A stretch of 64,000 nucleotides of DNA from Vicinamibacteria bacterium (lineage in GTDB: Bacteria > Acidobacteriota > Vicinamibacteria > Marinacidobacterales > Marinacidobacteraceae): NCBI GenBank assembly GCA_963422395.1, contig OY729431.1, forward strand, positions 544,001-608,000, read 5' to 3'. The notes under the pieces were generated by a model. That model worked only from the letters and a program-made list of their open reading frames with translations, did no database searches and was not told the origin of the DNA. Made by a program: the position numbers and the translations under genes. Below are positions 46,890 to 56,877 of the stretch, piece after piece (position 1 is the stretch's first letter; each line of letters begins with the position of its first letter).

Positions 46890-48923
46890 TCAGACAGCCT
46901 CCAGCGGGGCCGAGCGGGGCGGTGGAGCGGTCCTCGCCGAGCGGTCCGCGGAACGGGCCTCGATCCGCCCCGGGAGCAGGATGAGCAGCGTGCCGAGGAA
47001 CATGACCAGCCCGCCGATCCAGACCCAGCGGACCAAGGGGTTCCGGTACACATGGACGGTCGCCCGGCCGTCTTCGGTCATCCCGGAAAACACCAGATAG
47101 ATGTCTTCCTGGAAAGTGGCGTGACGCCGCACTTCCGAAGTCCATTGTCCGGTGGCGCGGTCCCACTGCCTTCGGGGCTGGAAGATGCCGATGGGTTCGT
47201 CGTTTTTCGCGAGTAGAAGCTGGGCGCCGAGCCAGTCGTGCACCGGGGTCGAACCGTCTCGCAGGTCCTGGAGGACGACCGAATAGGGGCCGATGCGGGT
47301 CTCTTCGCCCGGGTTCAGATCGGCGATCACATCCCGGTTGAAGGCGTTTCCGGCGAAGCCGATGAAGAGCAGCACGATGCCGAGGTGGACCACATAGCCG
47401 CCGTAGCGCCGGGTATTCCGCATCACCAGATCGAAGAGCGCTGCGCCGTAGCCGCTGCCCCGGTGCGCCCTCCGGGCGCGCACTCCCCGGTGGAACTCGC
47501 TCGCGATGGTGACGACCACGAAGGCGCCCATCGCGAAGCAGACCAGCGCGTAGGGGTGGCGCATCCCGAACAGGAAGAGGAGCCCGCCGGTCGAAAGTCC
47601 AGCCGCCGTCGGGATCACGAAGTTGCGGCGCAGGCTGTCGAGGGAGGAGCGACGCCAGGCGAGCAGCGGCCCGACCCCGGTCATCAGCAGGAGCGCGAGG
47701 CCCAGGGGGACATTCACCCGGTTGAAGAAGGGCGCGCCCACCGTGATCTGCTCGCCCTGCACCGCCTCCGAGAGCACCGGGAACAGCGTTCCCCAGAGCA
47801 CCGCGAAGCAGACGGCGAGCAGCAGCAGGTTGTTGAACAGGAAACCGGACTCGCGGGAGACCACCGATTCGAGTTCGTTCTCGGAGCGGAGATCCCGGAC
47901 TCGGGTGATGAGGAGCGCTGCGGAGAGGATGGCGGCGGCGACGAGGAAGAGCAGGAAGCGCCAGGCGAACTCCGACGAGGCGAAGGCGTGCACCGAGGAG
48001 ACGATCCCGCTCCGGGTGAGGAAGGTGCCGAAGACGCAGAGCAGGTAGGTCGCCATCACCAGCCCGGCGTTCCAGATCTTCAGCATCCCCTTGCGTTCCT
48101 GGATCATCACCGAGTGCAGGAAGGCGGTTCCGGTCAGCCAGGGCATGAGCGCGGCGTTCTCCACCGGGTCCCAGCCCCAGTAGCCGCCCCAGCCGAGCTC
48201 CACATACGCCCAGCGGCCGCCGAGCAGGATTCCGGTGCCGAGGAAGAACCAGGCGACGAGCGTCCAGCGGCGGGTGTTCGAGATCCAGGCGGCGTCGAGC
48301 CGCCGGGTCCAGAGCGCCGCCACGCAGAACGCGAACGGGATCACGAACCCCACATACCCCGTGTAGAGGATCGGCGGGTGGATCGCCATGATGGGGTGCT
48401 GGAGCAGCGGGTTCAGCCCGTTCCCCTCCGGGGGCGCGAAGGGCACGGGGCCGGCGGCGGTGATCTCGGCGAGTTGCCCGAACGGGTTGCACACCCAGTA
48501 GTTCATGTAGGCGAAGAAGAGGACGACTCCGCAGAGGGTGGTGATCACCTGCGGGATGAGCTCGTCACTCCGGCGCAGGATCACCACCGCTGCCGAGAAG
48601 ACGAGCATGAGGAAGGTCCAGAAGAGGAGGGACCCGTCGTTTCCGGCCCAGAGCGCGGAGATCTTGTAGGGCAGCGGCAGCGTGGAGGCCGAGTAGCTCG
48701 CCACATACTGGAAACGGAAGTCGTCGGCGAGGAAGAGCGAGAGCAGCGCCGCGACGGAAAGGGTGGAGAAGCCGGCGGCGGCGATCAGCGCCCGGCGAGC
48801 GCTCGTGACCAGCGCGGTCGCTCCCGTGCGGGCGAGCTGGCGCGCACCGAGCAGCGAGGCGGCGACCCCGTAGGCGCAGAGGACCACCACCGCCATGAGC
48901 GAGAAGTTGCCGAGGTGGTGCAT
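46890..48923 (-). CDS. ccmF: Heme lyase subunit CcmF
   Basis: GLNPLLQHP.MAIHPP, WAYVELGWGGYWGWDPVENA, TRSGIVSSVHAF. Confidence 0.96.
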   Translation of the reverse strand: MHHLGNFSLMAVVVLCAYGVAASLLGARQLARTGATALVTSARRALIAAAGFSTLSVAALLSLFLADDFRFQYVASYSASTLPLPYKISALWAGNDGSLLFWTFLMLVFSAAVVILRRSDELIPQVITTLCGVVLFFAYMNYWVCNPFGQLAEITAAGPVPFAPPEGNGLNPLLQHPIMAIHPPILYTGYVGFVIPFAFCVAALWTRRLDAAWISNTRRWTLVAWFFLGTGILLGGRWAYVELGWGGYWGWDPVENAALMPWLTGTAFLHSVMIQERKGMLKIWNAGLVMATYLLCVFGTFLTRSGIVSSVHAFASSEFAWRFLLFLVAAAILSAALLITRVRDLRSENELESVVSRESGFLFNNLLLLAVCFAVLWGTLFPVLSEAVQGEQITVGAPFFNRVNVPLGLALLLMTGVGPLLAWRRSSLDSLRRNFVIPTAAGLSTGGLLFLFGMRHPYALVCFAMGAFVVVTIASEFHRGVRARRAHRGSGYGAALFDLVMRNTRRYGGYVVHLGIVLLFIGFAGNAFNRDVIADLNPGEETRIGPYSVVLQDLRDGSTPVHDWLGAQLLLAKNDEPIGIFQPRRQWDRATGQWTSEVRRHATFQEDIYLVFSGMTEDGRATVHVYRNPLVRWVWIGGLVMFLGTLLILLPGRIEARSADRSARTAPPPRSAPLEAV

Positions 48924-48935
48924 TTCGGAGTGGGG

Positions 48936-49880
48936 TCAGCAGCGAAGCGTGGAGCTCGTCGGCTCCCGCCCGGGAGGGTCTCCCGGGGTTGCCGCGGATG
49001 AGGGATGGGGGGATTCGATCACTGGCTGAAGTGCTTCGCGAGCTGTGGCCCGTTCGTATTCCACCAGGCTCTCGCGCACGCATTCGGCGAACATCGCCAG
49101 GAAAGGCGTCAGGTCGCCGGTCTGGGATTCCTCGGGGGCGTCGTAGTAGCGGTGCCGCTCCTCTCGCGGCACGATGGCGATCGGAAATCGGTACCGCATC
49201 AGGAGCAGGTTCGCGAGGAGACGTACGACCCGTCCGTTCCCGTCCGTGAACGGGTGGATCGTGACCAGCCAGGTATGCGCGGCCGCGGCCGCGAGCAGGC
49301 CCTCGGTGGTGGCGAGCGTGGTTTCCGTCGGGACACTCACCGCTTCGAGCCATTCTGAAAAGACGTCCATCTCTTCTGCCAGCTTTTCCGGTCCGGGAGG
49401 TGAGAAGGCGGATCCGCCGATCGCCACCGGCACCGTCCGGTACGCCCCGGCATGTTCTTCGATGTTCTTCAGTACCAGCGCGTGGACCTGCCGCAGGTCG
49501 TGCGCGGTGAGGGGCGCCGCGCCGGACGCCAACTCTTCGAGGTAGTCGAGTGCTCCCGAGAGATTCCGTGCTTCCGCCTGGTCTTCGAGCGGCTTGCGGA
49601 TGAGCGTGAGCCCCTGTTCGACGACCTGGCGAGTCTCGTCGAGGTCGAGCCGGTTCCCTTCGATCGCGTTCGAGTGGTAGATGTTTTCGATCCGGAAGTG
49701 CTTCCGGAGCCGATGCAGCACTGCGGGGGTGAGCTTCCCGCTCTCCCGCATCGCAGACACCTGCTGTGAGAGCTCCTGGCAGTCGGCGTGGACCGATCGG
49801 TGGCAGGAGTACGGAGTCTCGGCGATCTCGATCCAGGGGTGAGGCGCCGCGGAGACGGCGGCGGCGCTGCTGCTGGTCAT
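48936..49880 (-). CDS. Fic family protein (class II, autoinhibited)
   Basis: HPFTDGNGRVVR active-site motif; N-terminal SNAIEGN inhibitory motif. Confidence 0.92.
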   Translation of the reverse strand: MTSSSAAAVSAAPHPWIEIAETPYSCHRSVHADCQELSQQVSAMRESGKLTPAVLHRLRKHFRIENIYHSNAIEGNRLDLDETRQVVEQGLTLIRKPLEDQAEARNLSGALDYLEELASGAAPLTAHDLRQVHALVLKNIEEHAGAYRTVPVAIGGSAFSPPGPEKLAEEMDVFSEWLEAVSVPTETTLATTEGLLAAAAAHTWLVTIHPFTDGNGRVVRLLANLLLMRYRFPIAIVPREERHRYYDAPEESQTGDLTPFLAMFAECVRESLVEYERATAREALQPVIESPHPSSAATPGDPPGREPTSSTLRC

Positions 49881-49972
49881 CGTTTTCGGCTCGTACGGGA
49901 CTTCCGGCTCCTACCGGGTTTTCGGCCCGTGCCGGGTGGTCGGCTCAATCCGGACCGACTCCCCGAAGGCGG

Positions 49973-50443
49973 TCAGGAACCGTCGGTAGCCCGCCGGCCC
50001 ACTGGTTGCTCTTTCGGTCCGCTCGGCTGCCCGGGTTTCGCCTCTTCGTAGGCAGCGTCGTACTTGGAGGCGCACTTCGCCTGCACCTGGCTGGCCTCGA
50101 AAGAGCCGTCCCCGAGCAGTTCGCCTTCGGCCACCGCCTGCGCCCGGTCCACCAAGGTGTCGGGGAGCGGCTCCCGGCCGGTGTAGAGAACGGCCAGGCG
50201 GGTGCCTTCGTGCTCGATCTCGAATCGAACGCGGCCCTCGCCTGCGGAAGCGATCGTCCCGGGAACCACATCGCCGGCGACCCGGATCCGCCGCCCTTCG
50301 GCCTGCGGCCCCATCGCCCGGAGCTCGCCGACCGTCTGGTAGTAGGCCTTCCCTTCCTCGATACCGGTGAGCAGCAGCCCCGTCACCGCCAGCGCGAAGA
50401 TCCCCCCGCCCACGAAGAACTTGACCTTGCGAGCCGCCATCAC
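49973..50443 (-). CDS. ccmE: Heme chaperone CcmE (CxxxY type)
   Basis: TM anchor, YY.TV.E, IRVAG.V.PGTI, YTG...PDT, KCASKY. Confidence 0.9.
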   Translation of the reverse strand: MMAARKVKFFVGGGIFALAVTGLLLTGIEEGKAYYQTVGELRAMGPQAEGRRIRVAGDVVPGTIASAGEGRVRFEIEHEGTRLAVLYTGREPLPDTLVDRAQAVAEGELLGDGSFEASQVQAKCASKYDAAYEEAKPGQPSGPKEQPVGRRATDGS

Positions 50444-50511
50444 AGTCGAAAATCCTACCATCCCGCACGCTGCCGCGGCGCCCGGGAGGCTGACCCCGTC
50501 CGCGCCGCTCC

Positions 50512-51666
50512 TCAGATCACATTGCCTTCGGGACGGCTCGAGCCGCTTCGGAAGCGGGTGATCGCGAAGTCGGAGATATCCAGCGTCTTCGATCGGCCGT
50601 CGGCGACGAGTTCGGAGATCGTCTTGCCGACCGCAGGGGCATGCTGCATCCCGTGGCCGGAAAAGCCGACTGCCAGCAGGAAGCGGGGATGGCCGGGAGC
50701 GGGGCCGAGGATGGCGTTGTGGTCAGGGGAGATCTCGTAGAGCCCGGCGTTCGCGGTCTTCATGGAGGCGGCGGCGAGGGCGGGGAGGCGCCGGGCAGCC
50801 TGTTCCCAGGCCCCGGCGAGGTAGTCGAGGTCCGGGGTCTGGGAGAAGCCCGGCGGTTCCTCCGGGTCGGAGTTGCCGACGAGCATGCCGCCGCTGTGTC
50901 GGTGTAGGTAGGCGCCGCTGCCCCAGTCGATGGTGAGCGGCATCCTCTCCGGGATCCACGAAAGCGGCTCGGTGGTGAAGAACTGGCGGCGGACCGGCTG
51001 GACCGGGACGGCGACGCCGAGCAGGTTGCCGACCTCGGCGGCCCAGGGGCCGGCGGCGTTCACGAGCCACTCGCAGCGCCAGCTCTCGCGTCCGGCGGTG
51101 AACCTGAAGCTGCCGTCTCGAAGGCTGGCCGCCGCAGTGACCTCGGCTCTCCGGCGCAACTCGACGCCGCCCCGTCGGGCGAGCGCGGCGTAGCCGGCTA
51201 CCAGCGCCGCGGGGGTGGCGACCCCGTCTTCGGCGCAGAAAGTGGCGCCCGCGAGATCGTCGGTCCGGATGCCGGGCAGGAGGCGGGCCGCTTCCTCCGG
51301 GGGGATCACTTCCACGGGTGCGCCCAGTGCGCGCTGGAGCTTCGCGGCGGCGGCGAAGCGGCGGAGGTCCTCCTCACGATTCAGGAGGAACAGGTAGCCG
51401 TCCTGGACGAAGTCCGCATCCACCCCGGTACGTTCCCGGAAGCACCGGATCTCCTCGATGCTGTAGCGGGAGAACGCCACATTCGCCGGAGTGGTGAACT
51501 GGAGGCGCACTCCGCCGGCGGCCTTGGCGGTGGAGCCGGCGCCCAGGACATCCTCGCGCTCGAAGACCACGACCCGCCCGACCTTTCGCTCGGCGAGGTG
51601 GGCGGCGATCGAAGCGCCGATGACTCCGCCCCCGACGATGGCGACTTCGGCGGCGCGGGCGGACAT
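50512..51666 (-). CDS. FAD-dependent oxidoreductase, sarcosine oxidase beta-like
   Basis: IVGGGVIG, GSTAKAAGGVR.QF, GYLFL, SPDHNAILG, GFSGHG..HAP. Confidence 0.88.
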   Translation of the reverse strand: MSARAAEVAIVGGGVIGASIAAHLAERKVGRVVVFEREDVLGAGSTAKAAGGVRLQFTTPANVAFSRYSIEEIRCFRERTGVDADFVQDGYLFLLNREEDLRRFAAAAKLQRALGAPVEVIPPEEAARLLPGIRTDDLAGATFCAEDGVATPAALVAGYAALARRGGVELRRRAEVTAAASLRDGSFRFTAGRESWRCEWLVNAAGPWAAEVGNLLGVAVPVQPVRRQFFTTEPLSWIPERMPLTIDWGSGAYLHRHSGGMLVGNSDPEEPPGFSQTPDLDYLAGAWEQAARRLPALAAASMKTANAGLYEISPDHNAILGPAPGHPRFLLAVGFSGHGMQHAPAVGKTISELVADGRSKTLDISDFAITRFRSGSSRPEGNVI

Positions 51667-51744
51667 CCCAGAAGGGGGATTCTGGCGAACCGCTCTCGTT
51701 TCCGATACCGGAATCCGGCTCTGCCCCGGCTAGAATTGCGCTCC

Positions 51745-53106
51745 TTGCCCGAAACCGCTGCCAAAGCAACCCCCGGCGAGCTCCCGGAGGGAGTGCCGGA
51801 CGGAACGACAGACGGAATCTCGGGCGGAACCCTGCTCCTCACCGATACCCGGACCGGTGCCCGTTACGAGCTCGAGATCGAACACGGGGCCATCCGTGCC
51901 GCCGGCCTCGCCCAGGTGCGGACCGGCGAGACGGGACCCGGACTCGCAGCCTACGATCCGGCGTTCAAGAACACCGCCGCCTGCATCAGCCGGATCACCG
52001 AAATAGACGGCGACCGGGGCATCCTCCGCTACCGCGGCTATCCGATCGAGGAGCTCGCCGGGCGCGTCAGCTATCTCGATACCGCCTGGCTGCTGCTCAG
52101 GGGGGAGCTCCCCACCTCGGAGGAGAGCGAGCGCTGGCGGCGGGAGATCGCCGCCCAACAGGCGGTCGGGGAACCGCTGCCCCGGCTCCTCGACGGGTTC
52201 GCCCCGGACGCCCATCCGATGGCGATGTTCATCGCGCTGCTCGCCGGTCTCGGCGCGATGCACCCGGAGGCGAAGGAGGTCGCCGACGCCGAGGGCCGCG
52301 CCCGCCAGATCCGCCGGCTGATCGCCGCTGCTCCCACCCTCGCGGCGATGGCCTACCGCCGGGGGCGGGAGCTCGCTCCGGTTCCGCCGCGCGCGGATCT
52401 CGACTTTCCGGCGAATTTCCTGAACATGGTGTTCGGCGGGGAAGGATCCGGGTTCGAACCGGATCCGGTGCTCGGGCGGGCGATGGAGGTGCTGTTCCTG
52501 CTGCACGCCGACCACGAGCAGAATTGCTCCACTTCGGCGATGCGCGGGGTCGGCAGCTCCCACGCCGACCCGTACTCGGCGGCGGCGGCGGCTTCGGCGG
52601 CGCTCTACGGGCCGCTCCACGGAGGAGCGAACGAAGCGGTACTGCGGATGCTCGCCGAGATCGGCAGCCGCGATCGGGTGCCGGCGTTCCTCCGCGAAGT
52701 GAAGGCGGGCGGGCGGCGGCTCATGGGCTTCGGACACCGCGTGTACAAGAGCTACGACCCGCGGGCGACCATCATCAAGCGGACCGCCTACGAGGTCTTC
52801 GAGGCGACGGGAAGGAACCCGAAGATCGACATCGCGCTCGAACTCGAGCGGATCGCGCTCCAGGAGGACTACTTCGTGAAGCGGCGCCTCTACCCGAATG
52901 TGGACTTCTATTCGGGGATCATCTACGAGGCGCTCGGTTTTCCGGTGGGGCTCTTCCCGGTGCTCTTCGCGGTACCGCGGATGTCCGGCTGGCTCGCCCA
53001 GTGGCAGGAGATGCTCGAGGATCCCGAGCAGAAGATCGCCCGCCCGAAGCAGATCTACCTGGGTGAGGCGAAGCGCCCGGTTCCCTCACGCGCGAAAACC
53101 GCCTGA
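51745..53106 (+). CDS. gltA: Citrate synthase
   Basis: GILRYRGYPI, LHADHEQNCST, GPLHGGANE, GFGHRVYK.YDPR, YPNVDFYSG; start uncertain. Confidence 0.96.
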   Translation: MPETAAKATPGELPEGVPDGTTDGISGGTLLLTDTRTGARYELEIEHGAIRAAGLAQVRTGETGPGLAAYDPAFKNTAACISRITEIDGDRGILRYRGYPIEELAGRVSYLDTAWLLLRGELPTSEESERWRREIAAQQAVGEPLPRLLDGFAPDAHPMAMFIALLAGLGAMHPEAKEVADAEGRARQIRRLIAAAPTLAAMAYRRGRELAPVPPRADLDFPANFLNMVFGGEGSGFEPDPVLGRAMEVLFLLHADHEQNCSTSAMRGVGSSHADPYSAAAAASAALYGPLHGGANEAVLRMLAEIGSRDRVPAFLREVKAGGRRLMGFGHRVYKSYDPRATIIKRTAYEVFEATGRNPKIDIALELERIALQEDYFVKRRLYPNVDFYSGIIYEALGFPVGLFPVLFAVPRMSGWLAQWQEMLEDPEQKIARPKQIYLGEAKRPVPSRAKTA

Positions 53107-53344
53107 GGGCCACGGGGACTGAGGGCCCCGGGGAGAAGCCGCACCGGGACGATCGGTGATCGCTCCGGACCGTCCCGGCGCCTTCCGCCTCCCGGAGGGC
53201 GCGGTTCTCCGGCTGGTGGCCACGGGGGAGACAGGCCCACTTCCGAGTCCTCTTTTCCCGGTTTGCTTTCCCGGTTTGGCTTCTCCCGCGCTGCCCTTCC
53301 GAACGGAGGGTTCCCCCGCATGGTTATGGTATTATGGCATCGTT

Positions 53345-53677
53345 ATGGCAGATAGCCGACCGGAAGCGCAGAAGCCCCTTCGAGCGGCTTCCTGCAAGGT
53401 GACCTACAGCCTGGATGAGGCAACGGTGGATGCGGTGAACCGTCTTTCTCGGCAGGCCGATCGGCCGAAGAGCGCGGTCGTCCGCGAGGCGGTCCGGTTC
53501 TACGGCGAAGAAATCCGGCGCCGGGAAGCCGCCGACCGCAGCCAGCGGCTGCGCCGTTTCGACGAGTTGATGGCGCGGATCCCCCAGCGCTCCGCAAGGG
53601 AAGTCGATGCCGAACTGAAGGAGATCCGTCGAGAACGGCGGCACTGGGATCGTCGGACGGCCCCGATCGGCGAGTAA
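53345..53677 (+). CDS. Ribbon-helix-helix (CopG-like) antitoxin
   Basis: KVTYSLDE...L.R....PKSAVVREAV; directly upstream of the PIN gene. Confidence 0.8.
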   Translation: MADSRPEAQKPLRAASCKVTYSLDEATVDAVNRLSRQADRPKSAVVREAVRFYGEEIRRREAADRSQRLRRFDELMARIPQRSAREVDAELKEIRRERRHWDRRTAPIGE

Positions 53678-53687
53678 TCGTCTGCGA

Positions 53688-54071
53688 GTGATCGTTCTCG
53701 ACACTTCGGTCCTCGTGGACGCGATCGGCGGCACCCGAAGATGGGGGCCGGCGCTCCGCCGGGAGCTGGCGGCGGGGACCGCCCTCGGGCTTCCTTCCAT
53801 CGTGCTCTACGAATGGCGGCGGGGGCCGCGGATCGCGGCCGAACTGGAGCTGCAGCGGGAGTTCTTTCCTCCGAGCGCCATCCTTCCCTTCGGGGGGATC
53901 GAGGCCGAAGTCGCCGCCGATCTGTACCGGCGCTTGCCCCGGGCACGCGGCCGGAGCGCCGATCTCGCCATCGCCGCCTGCGCGCTGACCCGAAACGCGC
54001 TGCTGTGGACCGCGAACCGGGCTGATTTCGAGGATGTCGCCGAGCTGCGGCTCCATGAGCCAGCTCCCTAG
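53688..54071 (+). CDS. PIN-domain (VapC-like) toxin
   Basis: VLDTSVLVD, LYE, DLAIAACA, LWT.N..DF. Confidence 0.9.
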   Translation: MIVLDTSVLVDAIGGTRRWGPALRRELAAGTALGLPSIVLYEWRRGPRIAAELELQREFFPPSAILPFGGIEAEVAADLYRRLPRARGRSADLAIAACALTRNALLWTANRADFEDVAELRLHEPAP

Positions 54072-54212
54072 CAGCCTATGGATGACTGGGCATCGCCGGC
54101 CTTTGGCCGTGCGACTTCGTCCACAGGCTGCTAAGCCAAGCCCCCTCGACTCCTTGCTTCCGACCGCCTGGATCAGACCGAGGACCGGGTGGATTCGCCC
54201 GGGGCCGGACGA

Positions 54213-55340
54213 TCAGGCGGCGACGGCGGTCTCGGCTGCGGCCTCGGCCAGCGTCTCGCTGATGAGCCCGAGGCTCCGTTCGACCACCTCCGGTTCCGCT
54301 CCGTAGCCGATCCGCAAGAACCCCTCCATCTCGAAGTGGGACGAGGGGACCACCAGCAGATCGCGGGTGATCCGCAGGCGGTCGCCGAGTTTCTCCGAAG
54401 CGATGGGGTGGTGGTAGCGGACCGCGGCGATCGCTCCGGCTTCGGGCGGCGTCCAGGAAAGCCGCACCGGATGATCTTCGTGCGTCCGCACCCAGTCGGC
54501 CACCAGCGGCAGCTGCCGTCGGCAGATGCCGCGCGTCCGCTCGAGGAGGGCGGGACGCCGGTCGAGCGCGATCTGTGCGAGCCGGTCCGAGAGCGCGCTG
54601 ACCGCCAGGGTGTTGTAGTCCCGGTGCGCCCAGAGCTCGGCGGCCTTCTCCGCCGAAGTCACCGTCCAGCCGATCCGGAGCCCCGGCAGCCCGAACGCCT
54701 TGGAGAGCCCCGCGTTCAGCAGGAGCTTCTCGGCCCGGCCCCAAAAGCTCGGGCATTCCCGGCCGTCGAGCTCGGCGCCGCGGTACACCTCGTCGGCGAG
54801 CAGCCAGGCGCCCGCGCGGTCAGCGGCGGCGGCGATCCGGTCCATCTCCGGCTCGGTGAGCACGGCGCCGGTCGGATTGTTCGGATTGCAGACCGCGAGG
54901 AGCCGGGTTCGGTCGCCGACCGCAGCGTCGAGGGCATCGAGGTCCGGCCGCCAGCCGTTCTCCTCGATCAGCGGGAACGGGATCACCCGGGCACCGAGCG
55001 AACGGCAAGCGCCGACGATCTGCATGTAGTTCGGCATCATCACCACCGCCTCGTCTCCGGGGGAGAGGGTGGTGAGCGCCGAGAGGAAATTGGCCTCGGC
55101 GGCGCCGTTCGTCACCAGCACCTGGTCGGGCCCGGCGCCGGGATGGAGTGCCGCGATCCGCTCCCGCAGCGGCAGCGTGCCGTTCGTCTGCGGATAGCCG
55201 AGCAGGGTGTCCCCGAGGTTTTCGCCGGCGGCGAGCTCGGCGAGCGTCAGCGGGTGCACTCCGCTCTCCGAGATGTTCCAGCGAACGGTGTTCTCCCACT
55301 GGCACAGGCTTCGTTCCATCACGAACGGTTCGAACTTCAT
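54213..55340 (-). CDS. Class I/II PLP aminotransferase
   Basis: VTNGAAEAN, NPNNPTG, DEVYRG, GLSKAFGLPGLRIGW. Confidence 0.9.
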   Translation of the reverse strand: MKFEPFVMERSLCQWENTVRWNISESGVHPLTLAELAAGENLGDTLLGYPQTNGTLPLRERIAALHPGAGPDQVLVTNGAAEANFLSALTTLSPGDEAVVMMPNYMQIVGACRSLGARVIPFPLIEENGWRPDLDALDAAVGDRTRLLAVCNPNNPTGAVLTEPEMDRIAAAADRAGAWLLADEVYRGAELDGRECPSFWGRAEKLLLNAGLSKAFGLPGLRIGWTVTSAEKAAELWAHRDYNTLAVSALSDRLAQIALDRRPALLERTRGICRRQLPLVADWVRTHEDHPVRLSWTPPEAGAIAAVRYHHPIASEKLGDRLRITRDLLVVPSSHFEMEGFLRIGYGAEPEVVERSLGLISETLAEAAAETAVAA

Positions 55341-55423
55341 GGGCCGTCTTCTCCCGGAGTTTCGCGGCGCCGCCGGGAACCCCGGGTGCGCTCGAGCGGC
55401 GATTCTACGGCGGAGCGCCCGGG

Positions 55424-55478
55424 TCCGCGTAGCATCCCCCGCGTGATCGAACCGCTTCCCCGATGCTGACGAAGCTGA
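55424..55478 (+). repeat. Direct repeat copy 1 (~55 bp; promoter plus first codons of the AAA gene)
   Basis: AGCATCCCCC..GTGATCGA.CCGCTTCCC..ATGCTGACGAAGCTGA recurs at 56789-56842. Confidence 0.85.
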
Positions 55479-56533
55479 AGCTCCATCGATTCCGCAGCTT
55501 TCCTTCGAGCACGGCGAAGTTCGCGAATCCCACCTTTCTCGCCGGTCGGAACGGGTCCGGCAAGAGCAATCTCGTCGATGCCTTCGCCTTCCTCGCAGAG
55601 CTATGGAGTCGCCGCTCCGGGCGGTTCTCGACCGCCGCGGCGGCGTTTCCGCGGTGGCCAACCGGAGTTCGGCGCGAGAGCGCCCCGCCGACCTCGGACT
55701 CGGGGTGGAGGTCGAGAGCCCGGAGTTTCGCGCGATCTACGCCTTCGAGATGCGCGCCAGGAGAAGCCACGGATTCGTGGTTCGTCGCGAGCAGTGCATC
55801 GCGCAGCCGAAGTCGGACTCGAAAGTCTGGTTCGATCGCAGCCCCTCGGGATTCCGCAGCAACGTTCCGTCGCTTCAGCCGGCGACCGACGAGGCGGCGC
55901 TCGCCCTGCCCCTCGTGGGAGGTGATATCCGGTTCGGGAGCGTCTTGCGGTTCCTCGCCGGAATCCGCTCGTACCGGATCGAACCGGCCTCGCTTCGGGA
56001 AATGCAGGCCCCGGACGCCGGAGACCGACTGCGCCCGACAGGAGGCAACGCGGCGAGCGTCCTCCGCGAAATCTCGCGCGAATCGCCCGACGACTGGAAG
56101 ACGCTCCAGGAGCTGCTGCAGAGCATCGTTCCCGGGATCTCCTCGGTGAGCCCTCGGCAGCAGGGGAACAAACTCACTTTCCAGTTCGCCCACGGTCCTC
56201 GTGATCGAGGAGCCCGAGGCGACGATCCATCCCGGCGCGATCGGGGCGATCCTGGACCTGCTGCATGATGCGAGCCGTCGCATGCAGGTGGTGGTGACGA
56301 CCCACAGCCCCGATGTCCTCAACGCGAAGTGGATCGAAGCCGGCCACCTGCGGATCGTCACCTGGAACCGGGGGGCGAGCCGCGTCGGCGCGGCCTCGGA
56401 GTCGGTGAGCCGATCCCTCCGCGAGCATCTGATGGGGGCCGGAGAGCTGCTGCGGGCGAACGCTCTCACTCCGGAACCGATCTTCGACGAGCACATCGGT
56501 GAGCCGCGTCTGTTCGAGGACTGTCCGGTATGA
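55463..56533 (+). pseudogene. Frameshifted and partly deleted AAA_21 ATPase
   Basis: Walker A GRNGSGKSN in one frame, frameshift near 55600, second break near 56190 where the SDGT signature is missing, then IEEPE...HP and TTHSP in a third frame. Confidence 0.8.
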
Positions 56534-56812
56534 AGATCCAGCCGATCGTCGAAGGTCATGGGGAGGTAGAAGCCTTCGGAGTGCTTCTCCGAAGGCTGCT
56601 CGGTACGGCCCAAGTTTGGGGTGTCGAGATCGGGGTGCCGGTTCGGCAACCACGCAACAAGCTGGTGAAACAGGACACTCTGAAAGAACCGGAAGCTCAG
56701 CCACTCCTTCGGCGTTCTGCTGCGCGGAGTCGGGAAGGACATCGGCGTCTGGCCGCCGGAGTGCTGGCGGACCTCGACGGCGGGCCGCTCCGTGCAGCAT
56801 CCCCCCCGGTGA
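56530..56812 (+). pseudogene. Internally deleted DUF4276-like gene
   Basis: MKIQPIVEGHGEVEA N-terminus (~53 codons); a plausible C-terminal piece (RKLSHSFGVLLRG..WPP) follows in another frame. Confidence 0.65.
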
Positions 56813-56842
56813 TCGAGCCGCTTCCCATGCTGACGAAGCTGA
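56789..56842 (+). repeat. Direct repeat copy 2
   Basis: Identical 16-mer ATGCTGACGAAGCTGA plus ~35 bp of near-identical upstream sequence. Confidence 0.85.
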
Positions 56843-56877
56843 CGCCCCAGCGCCTGTTCTCCCGGATAATCCGCCGC

